A stretch of 64,000 bases of DNA, taken from NCBI GenBank assembly GCA_019639215.1, contig JAHBSH010000001.1, forward strand, positions 20,281 to 84,280. Direction: 5' to 3'. Below, piece after piece: positions 27,929 through 36,501 of the stretch. Each line of letters begins with the position of its first letter. The first letter of the stretch is position 1. The position numbers were made by a program, and so were the translations under genes. The notes under the pieces were generated by a model. It ran no database searches. It saw only the letters and a program-made list of their open reading frames with translations, and was not told the DNA's origin. The DNA is from Acidobacteriota bacterium (GTDB lineage Bacteria; Acidobacteriota; Blastocatellia; Pyrinomonadales; Pyrinomonadaceae).

Positions 27929-28008
27929 TAGATAGTGGCGGGTGAATAGTGACAAAAGACGCGATTCTTTCTTGTCACTTACAGCTCGTCACTTGTCACT
28001 AAAAAGAA

Positions 28009-28887
28009 ATGGCTAGTTTGTTAGACATGCGCCGACGTATCAAGTCGGTCAAGAACACACAGCAGATAACGAAGGCGATGAAGATGGTCGCCGCTGCCAA
28101 GTTGAAACGCGCACAGGATCGCGTCGTGGCGGCGCGTCCTTTTTCGCACAAGATGTCAGAGGTGCTTGGCGGACTTAGTGCCAGAGTTGCTGATGATTTT
28201 TCGCATCCTCTTCTTGACGCCCGTGGCGACGAACGCTATCTGGTAATACTTGTCACCGCTGATAAAGGACTTGCCGGAGCATTCAACGCAAACGTGATAA
28301 AAGCAGCTCAAGCCTTCGTCAAGGATAATACCGATAAGAACGTAGAGCTTGTGACCGTCGGCCGAAAAGGACGTGATTTTTTCAAACGCAGAGAGATCGA
28401 CATAACCGGCGAATATCTTGGCCTTACGGGCCGAGGTTCGGCAAATTATTCTGACGCGGCGGATATCGGACAGGCTGTTATCAAACAGTTCACCGAAGAT
28501 ACGGCGATAGATAAGGTCTTTTTGATATTCACTGAATTCAAGACGGTACTTTCCCAGAAACCTGTTGTCGAACAGCTTTTGCCGATACCGAAGATCGCAT
28601 CTTCTGACGAAGGCGAAGTTTCCGCAGATGCCGAATACGTTTACGAACAGCCCGCAGCCGAGATATTTGGCAAACTCCTGCCGAAACAGGTCGAAACGCA
28701 GGTTTACAAGGCAATGCTCGAATCGGTCGCTTCGGAACAGGGTTCGCGTATGACAGCAATGGATTCGGCCTCAAAGAATGCGGGCGATCTAATAGACACG
28801 CTAACGCTGAACATGAACCGCATCCGCCAGGCCGCGATCACCAAGGAGATCATCGAGGTCGTCAGCGGAGCCGCCGCAGCCGCTTAA
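28009..28887 (+). CDS. atpG: F0F1 ATP synthase subunit gamma
   Basis: 292 aa. N-terminal MRRRIKSVKNTQQITKAMKMVAAAKLKRAQ and C-terminal NRIRQAAITKEIIEVVSGA. Confidence 0.96.
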   Translation: MASLLDMRRRIKSVKNTQQITKAMKMVAAAKLKRAQDRVVAARPFSHKMSEVLGGLSARVADDFSHPLLDARGDERYLVILVTADKGLAGAFNANVIKAAQAFVKDNTDKNVELVTVGRKGRDFFKRREIDITGEYLGLTGRGSANYSDAADIGQAVIKQFTEDTAIDKVFLIFTEFKTVLSQKPVVEQLLPIPKIASSDEGEVSADAEYVYEQPAAEIFGKLLPKQVETQVYKAMLESVASEQGSRMTAMDSASKNAGDLIDTLTLNMNRIRQAAITKEIIEVVSGAAAAA

Positions 28888-29011
28888 TATATAACAGGAA
28901 CAAGGCTTCGAAAGAGCAGGCAAAGTTTGTTGAAATCAGGTTTGATTTCATATATGCTTTGTTTGCTTTTTCAATTTCGATACGACAATTTAGGGAGGCT
29001 GGTATCTTGAT

Positions 29012-29272
29012 ATGATGATCGGGGTGGGAGCATTGCTCATGTTGATCTGTGTCGTCTGGTTTGTGGTTCTTAGCGTTCAGACCGGAAGCAGTACTGGAGA
29101 AAAGGTTATATGGGCGATCGTTAACTTGCTTTTCCAACCGCTTGCCGGAATTATATTCTTCTTTGTTAAGAAACAGGGCTTAGTACCGATGATCCTCGGA
29201 ATAATCGGTGTCATTTTTTACGGCTACGGTTTCTTCACATCGTTCGGTGATGTAATGCGGCAGATGCCGTAG
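29012..29272 (+). CDS. small 3-TM membrane protein (PLD-nuclease N-terminal-domain-like)
   Basis: 86 aa. SD GGGAGG at 28993-28998. KVIWAIVNLLFQPLAGIIFFFVKK resembles the PLDc_N small-membrane-domain signature (W...P..G). This is a weak family call. Confidence 0.5.
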   Translation: MMIGVGALLMLICVVWFVVLSVQTGSSTGEKVIWAIVNLLFQPLAGIIFFFVKKQGLVPMILGIIGVIFYGYGFFTSFGDVMRQMP

Positions 29273-29281
29273 GAGGCTGGG

Positions 29282-29785
29282 TTGGTTCAAAACACGTTTG
29301 AATGGCGCGAGCGGATATTCCGTTACGCGCCTGTTATTTTATGGGCGGGTGTTGTTCTTTATTTGGCAACATCTGCCGGATCTGCTTCGGAAACATCGCG
29401 TTTCATCGGACCTTTGCTGGATTTTTTCTTTCCCGGGATGGCTGCGGAAAACCGGCAGATCGTCCATTTTCTGGTTAGAAAGACCGCTCATTTTACCGAG
29501 TACGGTATATTTGCCTTTTTTGCGGCAAGGGCATTTCTGAGTTCGTCAAAAGACATTCTTCGCAGGCGTTGGTTTATATTTGCTTTATTCGCAGCTCTTA
29601 TATTGGCGGTCTTTGATGAGGGCGGGCAAGCGTTTCGGCCTGACCGGACGGGAGCTTTGGGTGATGTATTTGTTGACATGCTCGGCGCCGTAACGATCTT
29701 GGTTATCACAGCATTGATCCACAGAAAATATCCTGACCATATTATCTTTTCGCCCACCCTTTCACCTTCGGCAAATGACAGATGA
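29282..29785 (+). CDS. VanZ-family membrane protein
   Basis: 167 aa. TTG start supported by SD AGGAGG at 29271-29276. FLVRKTAHFTEYGIFAFF ... FDEGGQAFRPDRTGALGDVFVDMLGA matches the VanZ-like pattern. Confidence 0.7.
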   Translation: MVQNTFEWRERIFRYAPVILWAGVVLYLATSAGSASETSRFIGPLLDFFFPGMAAENRQIVHFLVRKTAHFTEYGIFAFFAARAFLSSSKDILRRRWFIFALFAALILAVFDEGGQAFRPDRTGALGDVFVDMLGAVTILVITALIHRKYPDHIIFSPTLSPSANDR

Positions 29786-29906
29786 CCAGGCGGATGCAAC
29801 CGTTTGCCGGTCACCGGACAAAATTGAAATACTTCCAATTCTTGGAACTTTGTGTCATATTTTATTGTATTTGTAATTGTAAGTTTTTGATAAAGGAGAC
29901 CATTTA

Positions 29907-31061
29907 ATGAGCATTATCGACAAGGTTAAAGAAGCGGCAATGAATCAGTTCATTGAGGTTATCGAATGGCTGGATTCATCGCAGAACACGCTTGTTTATC
30001 GCTTTCCGGTTTATCAGCAGGAGATCAAGAACGGAGCGCAGCTTATCGTTAGAGAATCGCAGGCTGCCGTTTTTGTTTTCGAAGGCCAGGTAGCGGACGT
30101 TTTCACGCCGGGGCGTTATACCGTCGAAGGCGGCAACACGCCTATTTTGTCAAAACTCGGCGCTTGGAAATACGGCTTTAATTCGCCTATCAAGGCCGAG
30201 GTTTACTTTGTCAATACAAAACAGTTCACCGATCTGAAATGGGGCACTTCAAACCCGATAATGCTCCGTGACGCTGATTTCGGCATTGTTCGCTTGCGTG
30301 CATTTGGTGCATACAGCGTTCGCGTAGCTGATCCGGCAGGTTTTATCAGAGAGATAGCCGGAACAAATGCTCATTTTCAGACCGAGGATATTGACGAACA
30401 ACTCAAACGAGCGATCGTCTCGGAATTTTCGGACGCCATCGGCGAAATGAAGATACCCGCTCTCGACCTGGCCGCGCAATACAAAGAACTTGGCGAGGCC
30501 ATCCGCGGCAAGATAAATCAGGATTTCAGTTCGTGGGGCCTTGAGGTCACCAAGTTTTATGTCGAGAATATCAGCCTTCCGCCCGAGGTCGAAGCCGCAA
30601 TGGACAAGCGTGCCTCTATGGGTGCTTTGGGTGATGCTCAGAAGTATATGCAGTTTCAGGCAGCAGATGCGCTTCGCGACGCGGCACAGAACGAAGGCGG
30701 CGGTGCAGGTCTTGGTGCCGGCCTCGGTGCCGGATTTGCCGTCGGCGGACAGATGGCTAATGTTTTCGGCCAACAAGCAGGAACAACGGGCGGCGGATCC
30801 GCAGCGGCTACAGTTCCATGTCCCGCATGCGGCAAACAAAACGCAGCAGGAGCAAAATTCTGCGCTGATTGCGGTGGCAAGATGGAAGTTGCTCAGGTTC
30901 CCTGTGTAAAATGTGGAGCACAGCTTCGCGAGGGTGCGAAATTCTGCTCGGAATGCGGTTCGTCACAGGAAAAGGCCAAATGCACGGGTTGTCAGGCCGA
31001 ACTCGCACCGGGAGCAAAATTTTGCCCTGAATGTGGAACCAAAACGCCTGACGCGGCATAG
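29907..31061 (+). CDS. SPFH/band-7 domain protein with three C-terminal zinc-ribbon repeats (COG4260 / YdjI-like)
   Basis: 384 aa. SD AAGGAG upstream. The N-terminal ~250 aa are SPFH-like (FIEVIEWLD...VYRFP...GAQLIVRESQAAVF). A Gly-rich linker follows, then CPACGKQNAAGAKFCADCGG, CVKCGAQLREGAKFCSECGS and CTGCQAELAPGAKFCPECGT. Confidence 0.8.
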   Translation: MSIIDKVKEAAMNQFIEVIEWLDSSQNTLVYRFPVYQQEIKNGAQLIVRESQAAVFVFEGQVADVFTPGRYTVEGGNTPILSKLGAWKYGFNSPIKAEVYFVNTKQFTDLKWGTSNPIMLRDADFGIVRLRAFGAYSVRVADPAGFIREIAGTNAHFQTEDIDEQLKRAIVSEFSDAIGEMKIPALDLAAQYKELGEAIRGKINQDFSSWGLEVTKFYVENISLPPEVEAAMDKRASMGALGDAQKYMQFQAADALRDAAQNEGGGAGLGAGLGAGFAVGGQMANVFGQQAGTTGGGSAAATVPCPACGKQNAAGAKFCADCGGKMEVAQVPCVKCGAQLREGAKFCSECGSSQEKAKCTGCQAELAPGAKFCPECGTKTPDAA

Positions 31062-31084
31062 ATGTTTTTTTAGAAGTTGTACAC

Positions 31085-31127
31085 ACAAAAGAGCATTGGG
31101 TCTAACCTTGTGCTCTTTTGTTATTTC
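31085..31127 (+). terminator. putative rho-independent terminator after the SPFH gene
   Basis: 11-bp stem ACAAAAGAGCA (31085-31095) / TGCTCTTTTGT (31111-31121), 15-nt loop, then a T-rich tail. Confidence 0.6.
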
Positions 31128-31194
31128 TCTTGGGATAAGAGCGAAAGTGATGTAAAGTTGTTTGTATTCCCTGAGTAATTAAGGAGCTTCCTTT

Positions 31195-31371
31195 ATGGCC
31201 GTTAGCCCGGAACTTTTAGAGATACTTCGTTGCCCGAAATGCAAATCGGAAGTAAAGATCAATGATGAGGAAACAACCCTCACGTGTCAGAACGCCGAAT
31301 GCCGCCTTGTCTATCCGATCCGTGATGACATTCCTGTAATGCTGGTCGATGAGGCAACAGTTGCCGAATAA
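31195..31371 (+). CDS. Trm112-family small zinc-ribbon protein (UPF0434/YcaR-like); not in the supplied ORF track (58 aa)
   Basis: My own translation: MAVSPELLEILRCPKCKSEVKINDEETTLTCQNAECRLVYPIRDDIPVMLVDEATVAE. SD AAGGAG at 31181-31186. LLEILRCP.C...L.C....C...YPI.DDIPVML..EA is the Trm112p-like signature. Confidence 0.78.
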   Translation: MAVSPELLEILRCPKCKSEVKINDEETTLTCQNAECRLVYPIRDDIPVMLVDEATVAE

Positions 31372-31377
31372 TATACC

Positions 31378-32472
31378 TTGGCAAAGATCGACTGGATCAA
31401 TGTAAAACGAATTCTTGTCGTCAAACTGCGGTCGATAGGCGACACGGTTTTGGCGACACCTTCGCTAAAGGCTCTTCGCCGGGCAGCGCCTAACGCGCAA
31501 ATAGATATTCTGCTCGAAAACTGGGTCGCGCCCGTTTTGGAAGGCTTTGAAGCGGTTGACAATATCATCACCGTAGGCAAAAGCACTTCGGAAAGAGTAA
31601 AGATCGCACGTCATCTGCGAAAACAGAGATACGACGTTGCTTTTAATCTCCACGGCGGCACGACCGCTACGCTTTTCACATTTGCCACAGGCGCCAAACG
31701 CCGTGTCGGCTTTGCCGATTATCAATATCCTTTTCTATATACAGACCTGCTTTCGTCCTCAGCCGATTTCTGGGGACGTACGCCTACGCATTCAGCCGAA
31801 CAGCAACTTGCCCTCGTAGGTTTCATGGGCGTTCCGGTGGATGACCTGCCAAAAACAAGCCTCGCAGTGACGGATATTGCCCTCAGGTCCATTGAAGAAA
31901 AACTAACCGCAGAGACGCGGAGAAGCGGAGATCCAAAGGCGGAAACACGACCGGTAGGGAGTGTGCCTCAATCTTCTCATTCCTCATTTGCATTGCTCCA
32001 TCCCGCAGCTGCTATAGCCGAAAAGCAGTGGGCGACGGAAAAATTCGCCCGCGTTGCGGAATGTTTGGCCGAAAAAGGGATGAAAACCGTTGCTGTGGCG
32101 ACACCCGGTGAAAGAAAAGTTCTGGATAATCTTATCGCAGAGGCAAAAGTCCCGGTCATTACCTTTGACGATCTGACGCTGCCGGAAATAACCGCTCTTG
32201 CCTCAAAAGCCTCACTTTTTGTCGGGAACGATTCCGGCATTGCTCACATCGCCGCCGCCGTGAAAACGCCTGTTGTCGTTATCTTCGGCTCATCGAACAT
32301 CGACCACTGGCGTCCGTGGACAGACGCCCCGAACGAGATTGTCTTTTCCGACAAACCCTGTAACCACTACAAAGGCGAAACCAACAAAGGCCTCCCCGAC
32401 CCGAAATGCATAGAATGTGTTGAAATCACAGACGTCATAACTTCTGTCGAAAGAATTCTTAAGTCATCATAA
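31378..32472 (+). CDS. glycosyltransferase family 9 (LPS heptosyltransferase-like)
   Basis: 364 aa. KRILVVKLRSIGDTVLATPSLKALR and LFVGNDSGIAHIAAAVKTPVVVIFG are GT9 hallmarks. TTG start 7 nt after the Trm112 stop. Confidence 0.8.
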   Translation: MAKIDWINVKRILVVKLRSIGDTVLATPSLKALRRAAPNAQIDILLENWVAPVLEGFEAVDNIITVGKSTSERVKIARHLRKQRYDVAFNLHGGTTATLFTFATGAKRRVGFADYQYPFLYTDLLSSSADFWGRTPTHSAEQQLALVGFMGVPVDDLPKTSLAVTDIALRSIEEKLTAETRRSGDPKAETRPVGSVPQSSHSSFALLHPAAAIAEKQWATEKFARVAECLAEKGMKTVAVATPGERKVLDNLIAEAKVPVITFDDLTLPEITALASKASLFVGNDSGIAHIAAAVKTPVVVIFGSSNIDHWRPWTDAPNEIVFSDKPCNHYKGETNKGLPDPKCIECVEITDVITSVERILKSS

Positions 32473-32474
32473 AT

Positions 32475-32503
32475 TTGACACTTAGCCGGTAAACACTTAG
32501 TAT
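32475..32503 (+). promoter_or_regulatory. candidate sigma-70 promoter upstream of ffh
   Basis: TTGACA (32475-32480), 17-nt spacer, TAGTAT (32498-32503), ~35 nt before ATG 32540. Confidence 0.35.
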
Positions 32504-32539
32504 TTATAGTTTCGACTCTTGTAGCCGAAGTGTGTCTAT

Positions 32540-34039
32540 ATGTTCGAATCGCTGTCCGACAAACTGAAGAATACGCTGAAAAATCTGCGTGGCCAGGGCA
32601 AGTTGACGCCTGAGCATGTGGATGCTGCGCTTCGTGAGATCAGGATGGCGCTGCTTGAGGCGGACGTTAATTACAAGGTCGCTAAAGACTTTGTTGAATC
32701 GGTTCGCCTGAAAGCCGAGGGGCAGGAGGTCTGGCAGGGGCTTAATCCGCACGAACAGGTCGTCAAGATAGTCTATGACGAACTGGTCGAACTGATGGGC
32801 GGAACATCGTCGAGGCTTGTCTTTACCAAGCAAATTCCGAACGTCGTAATGATCGTTGGGTTGCAGGGTTCGGGTAAGACGACCTCGACGGGTAAGATAT
32901 CACGCTGGCTTCGTGAAAACCAAGAACGAAAACCGCTTCTTGTTTCGGTGGACGTTTATCGTCCGGCGGCGCGTGAACAGCTAAGGGTTGTCGGCGGTGC
33001 GGTCGGTGTACCTGTTTTTCAGGACAAAGAGACCAATGACCCGATGACTCTTGTCCGCGGTGCTATGAAGCACGCGCAGGAGATGGGCTTTGACACGCTG
33101 ATGATCGACACGGCCGGCCGTCTGCACATAGACGACGAGCTGATGGTCGAGCTGGAGCAGATAAAAGCGGAGACCAAGCCGATCGAGGTCCTTTTCGTTG
33201 CCGACGCGATGACCGGGCAGGACGCCGTTCGTTCTGCAGAAGTATTTCACGAACGCATCGGCATAACCGGCGTTGTCCTGACCAAAATGGACGGCGACGC
33301 CCGCGGCGGTGCGGCTCTTTCGATAAAACAGGTCATCGGCCAGCCTGTAAAATTTGTAGGTGTCGGTGAAAAATACGACGCTATCGAGCCTTTCTATCCT
33401 GACCGTATCTCTCAGCGAATACTCGGCATGGGCGACGTGCTGACGCTGATCGAAGAAGTTCAGGGCAAGATAGATGAACAGGAAGCTCAGCAGCAGCTGA
33501 TGAAAATGACGCGTAACCAGTTTACGCTAGAAGATTTTCGTGCACAGCTTGGGCAGTTCAAAAAACTTGGGTCGATGTCAAAATTGATGAAAATGCTGCC
33601 GGAACAACTTACCGGCGGCATGTCGCTTTCCGAAGAGCAGTCCGAACTGGTCGATCACCAGATGAAGCGGACTGAAGCGATCATCGATTCGATGACCAAA
33701 CAGGAACGCAACGATCATCGGGTCATCGACGCCAGCCGCAAAACACGCATTGCTGGCGGTTCGGGTACCACGATCAGCGAGGTGAACCAACTGCTTCGCC
33801 AATATGAACAGATGCGCAAAATGATGGCGCAGATGAACAAAGGCGGTCTGCTCGGCGGATTAGGTAAAAAGATGATGGGCGGCTTGGCCGGAGGACTTGG
33901 CGGAATGATGGGCGGCGGATTACCCGGCATGGGCGGCCTCGGCGGTCTGCTAGGTGCCGGTGGCGGCGAAGACAACGACAGCGGCAACGCCGGATCAGGA
34001 AAGGTGCGAAAAAAGAAAAGGCACAAGAAACGTAAATAA
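32540..34039 (+). CDS. ffh: signal recognition particle protein Ffh with extended Gly/Met-rich and polybasic C-terminal tail
   Basis: 499 aa. N domain, then G domain (GLQGSGKTTSTGKI, DTAGRL, TKMDGDARGGAALS), then M domain. The tail is GGLLGGLGKKMMGGLAGGLGGMMGGGLPGMGGLGG...KVRKKKRHKKRK. Confidence 0.96.
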   Translation: MFESLSDKLKNTLKNLRGQGKLTPEHVDAALREIRMALLEADVNYKVAKDFVESVRLKAEGQEVWQGLNPHEQVVKIVYDELVELMGGTSSRLVFTKQIPNVVMIVGLQGSGKTTSTGKISRWLRENQERKPLLVSVDVYRPAAREQLRVVGGAVGVPVFQDKETNDPMTLVRGAMKHAQEMGFDTLMIDTAGRLHIDDELMVELEQIKAETKPIEVLFVADAMTGQDAVRSAEVFHERIGITGVVLTKMDGDARGGAALSIKQVIGQPVKFVGVGEKYDAIEPFYPDRISQRILGMGDVLTLIEEVQGKIDEQEAQQQLMKMTRNQFTLEDFRAQLGQFKKLGSMSKLMKMLPEQLTGGMSLSEEQSELVDHQMKRTEAIIDSMTKQERNDHRVIDASRKTRIAGGSGTTISEVNQLLRQYEQMRKMMAQMNKGGLLGGLGKKMMGGLAGGLGGMMGGGLPGMGGLGGLLGAGGGEDNDSGNAGSGKVRKKKRHKKRK

Positions 34040-34114
34040 AGTTTTATTGAGAGGTCGGCAGTTTTAGGCTTCTCACAGTAAATAGTCTGTACTAGAACGA
34101 GAAAGAGAGAAATT

Positions 34115-34369
34115 ATGTTAGCAATCAGTTTGATGAGAATAGGTGCAAAGGGCAAGCCCTTTTATCGCCTTGTAGTTAAGGAAAAACGGTCAAAAAGGGA
34201 TGGGAAATACCTTGAAAACCTTGGCACATACAACCCGATGACGAATCCGGCAGAGGTTGATCTTAAGCACGAACGCATCCAGTACTGGATAGGCGTTGGA
34301 GCACAGCCGACCGAAACCGTTGCGAGCCTGATAAAGAACAATCCGGCAGAAGCAGTTGAAGCTGCATAG
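34115..34369 (+). CDS. rpsP: 30S ribosomal protein S16
   Basis: MLAISLMRIGAKGKPFYRLVVKEKRSKRDGKYLENLGTYNP matches the S16 N-terminal consensus. Confidence 0.95.
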   Translation: MLAISLMRIGAKGKPFYRLVVKEKRSKRDGKYLENLGTYNPMTNPAEVDLKHERIQYWIGVGAQPTETVASLIKNNPAEAVEAA

Positions 34370-34443
34370 GAAAGCCGGACAGTTCAGGAAGTCAGGTGTG
34401 AATGAGAACGTTCGGGTGAACTTCGCGGCGTTTTGAGATCACG

Positions 34444-34680
34444 ATGAAGGAAGCTGTGGAAAAGATGATACGCTCTCTCGTCGGCGATGCCGACGCGGTA
34501 GAAGTGTCTGAAAGTTCGGATGGCGGCAAGAATGTTCGCATCACTGTTCGAGTCGCGCCGGATGATTATGGGCGCGTTATCGGCCGTGAGGGGCGAACGA
34601 TAAAAGCCATCAGAAGTCTTCTTTTCTATGCCGGGCAGAAAAAAGGACGTCGCTATCACCTTGATCTGATAGAAGATTAA
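34444..34680 (+). CDS. KH-domain RNA-binding protein (UPF0109/YlqC-like)
   Basis: 78 aa. GRVIGREGRTIKAIRSLL is the KH GxxG-type motif. Sits in the conserved position between rpsP and rimM. Confidence 0.85.
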   Translation: MKEAVEKMIRSLVGDADAVEVSESSDGGKNVRITVRVAPDDYGRVIGREGRTIKAIRSLLFYAGQKKGRRYHLDLIED

Positions 34681-34719
34681 GGGTGTATTAGCTGTTACGG
34701 TTCTGTTCTTCATAAGACG

Positions 34720-35232
34720 ATGACCGACCTCGTTGCCATTGCCAAAATAGCACGGCCGAGAGGCATCAAAGGCGAAGTGATCGCTGATCTTTCAACGGAT
34801 TTTCCTGAACGTTTTGACGGTCTTTTATCAGTGACGGCAGTTTTGCGGGACGGTCAACACCGGGAGCTAAAGATCGACGTTTGGCGGTTCCAGAACGACC
34901 GGATACTTTTGAAATTCGCGGGCATTGATTCGGTTGAATCGGCAGAAACCCTTCGAGACGCCGAGGTCTGCATTCCCGAAAGTGATGCGGTCGAGCTGGA
35001 AGAGGACGAGTTTTACGACTGGCAGCTTGAAGGCTGTGTGGTAGAAACCGCAGAAGGCGAAAGTCTTGGCAAAGTTCGTGAGGTAATGCGAACAGGCGGA
35101 ACCGAGAACCTTGTTATACAAGGTCAAGGCAGAGAATATCTGATACCTTTTGCTGAAGCGATCTGCGTCACGGTGGACATTGATAACAAGCTTATCGTTG
35201 TTGATCCGCCGGAAGGTCTATTGGAGTTTTGA
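34720..35232 (+). CDS. rimM: 16S rRNA processing protein RimM
   Basis: 170 aa. [26 protein letters not shown] and [16 protein letters not shown], with rpsP-rimM-trmD-rplS synteny. Confidence 0.9.
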   Translation: MTDLVAIAKIARPRGIKGEVIADLSTDFPERFDGLLSVTAVLRDGQHRELKIDVWRFQNDRILLKFAGIDSVESAETLRDAEVCIPESDAVELEEDEFYDWQLEGCVVETAEGESLGKVREVMRTGGTENLVIQGQGREYLIPFAEAICVTVDIDNKLIVVDPPEGLLEF

Positions 35233-35261
35233 ATGGCAAGCAGACGCTTGCCGCTCCAGTC

Positions 35262-35981
35262 ATGCGAATCGATGTTTTAACAATTTTTCCCGAATTTTTC
35301 GGGCAGGTCTTTGATTTTGGAATAATACGTCGTGCCCGCAAGGCAGACATTGTTCAGATAAATGTTATCGACATCCGTGAATTTGCGGTCGATAAACACA
35401 AAATGACCGATGACCGTCCGTTTGGCGGCGGAGACGGAATGGTGATGAAGCCGGAACCGATCTTTGCTGCAGTAAAACATCTGCTGGGCACAACGGATCG
35501 CGAAGGATATCCAGAGGGCAGCCGAGTTATCTTGTTGTCGCCGCAGGGTAAGCCTCTGAAACAGCCAATGGCAGAGAGCCTTGCCGAGGATGCTGATCAT
35601 ATTGTTCTTATCTGCGGACGTTATGAAGGCGTTGATGAGCGAGTGAACGAGACACTCGTGACCGATGAGATATCGATAGGTGATTACGTGCTGTCGGGCG
35701 GTGAACCGGCCGCGATCGTATTGACAGATGCAATTGTGAGGCTGCTGCCGGATGCTTTGGGCAGCGAGACGTCCGCTGAGAATGATTCGTTCTCAAACGG
35801 ACTGCTTGATTGTCCGCATTACACACGGCCTGCTGAATTTATGGGAATGAAAGTTCCCGAAGTGCTTTTGAACGGCAATCATGCCGAAATAGATAAATGG
35901 CGTCATGAAAAGGCGCTCGAGAAAACTAAAAAGAATAGACCAGATCTATTGAAAATAGGAGAAGATGGTGAAAGTGGGTAA
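35262..35981 (+). CDS. trmD: tRNA (guanine37-N1)-methyltransferase
   Basis: ORF track starts at TTG 35229. ATG 35262 gives the canonical [14 protein letters not shown]-terminus. Also [37 protein letters not shown]. Confidence 0.92.
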   Translation: MRIDVLTIFPEFFGQVFDFGIIRRARKADIVQINVIDIREFAVDKHKMTDDRPFGGGDGMVMKPEPIFAAVKHLLGTTDREGYPEGSRVILLSPQGKPLKQPMAESLAEDADHIVLICGRYEGVDERVNETLVTDEISIGDYVLSGGEPAAIVLTDAIVRLLPDALGSETSAENDSFSNGLLDCPHYTRPAEFMGMKVPEVLLNGNHAEIDKWRHEKALEKTKKNRPDLLKIGEDGESG

Positions 35982-36014
35982 ACGGTTTTTACCGACCTCT
36001 GGCCAACAAAAGTT

Positions 36015-36383
36015 ATGAATCGTTTGGATCTAGTAGAACAGACACAACTAAAGGAAAACATTCCTTCGTTTCAATCAGGTGATACCGTAAAGGTTCACGT
36101 CCGCATCAAGGAAGGCAACAAAGAGCGTATCCAGGTTTTTGAAGGCGTTGTGATCGCACGCAAGCACGGTGGCGTTCGTGAAACGGTCACCGTCAGGAAG
36201 ATCAGTTTCGGCATCGGCGTCGAGCGCATCTTCCCGCTGCACGCAACTGTCATCGACCATATCGACGTTGTAAGACGCGGTAAAGTACGCAGGGCAAAAC
36301 TTTATTATCTGCGTGAGCTTCGCGGTAAGGCAGCCCGCATCAAGGAACGCGATACACGCAACAAGGCACAGTCCGCTAAGTAA
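36015..36383 (+). CDS. rplS: 50S ribosomal protein L19
   Basis: 122 aa. [35 protein letters not shown]...[18 protein letters not shown]. Confidence 0.96.
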   Translation: MNRLDLVEQTQLKENIPSFQSGDTVKVHVRIKEGNKERIQVFEGVVIARKHGGVRETVTVRKISFGIGVERIFPLHATVIDHIDVVRRGKVRRAKLYYLRELRGKAARIKERDTRNKAQSAK

Positions 36384-36501
36384 GCGTTCTGTCACATTTA
36401 AATTTATGCTTATAGGGCGTCGCGAATTCGTCACGGCTTCGGTTGGGACGGTCGCATACGCCCTTTTTTCATCCGCTGAGATAGTTCAGGGAGAAACAAA
36501 A

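Noticed and set aside
30249-30839. 196-aa ORF antisense to the SPFH gene, and the 175-aa ORF 17194..17721 antisense to the DsbA-like domain
   Set aside because: These are antisense shadows of genes with clear motifs. They are Cys/Arg-rich nonsense-like sequence.
33840-33960. Nucleotide-level tandem repeats (GGCGG/GGNCTN) suggestive of a repeat array; similar patches at 15700-15900, 30690-30740 and 45540-45660
   Set aside because: They are in frame within long ORFs and encode Gly-, Ser- or Gly/Leu-rich low-complexity protein segments. They are not CRISPR or satellite repeats, since there are no regular spacers.
33715-34155. 146-aa Pro-rich minus-strand ORF over the ffh tail
   Set aside because: It is the reverse complement of the Gly-rich (GGN) codons of the Ffh tail, which gives Pro-rich (NCC) artefactual coding.
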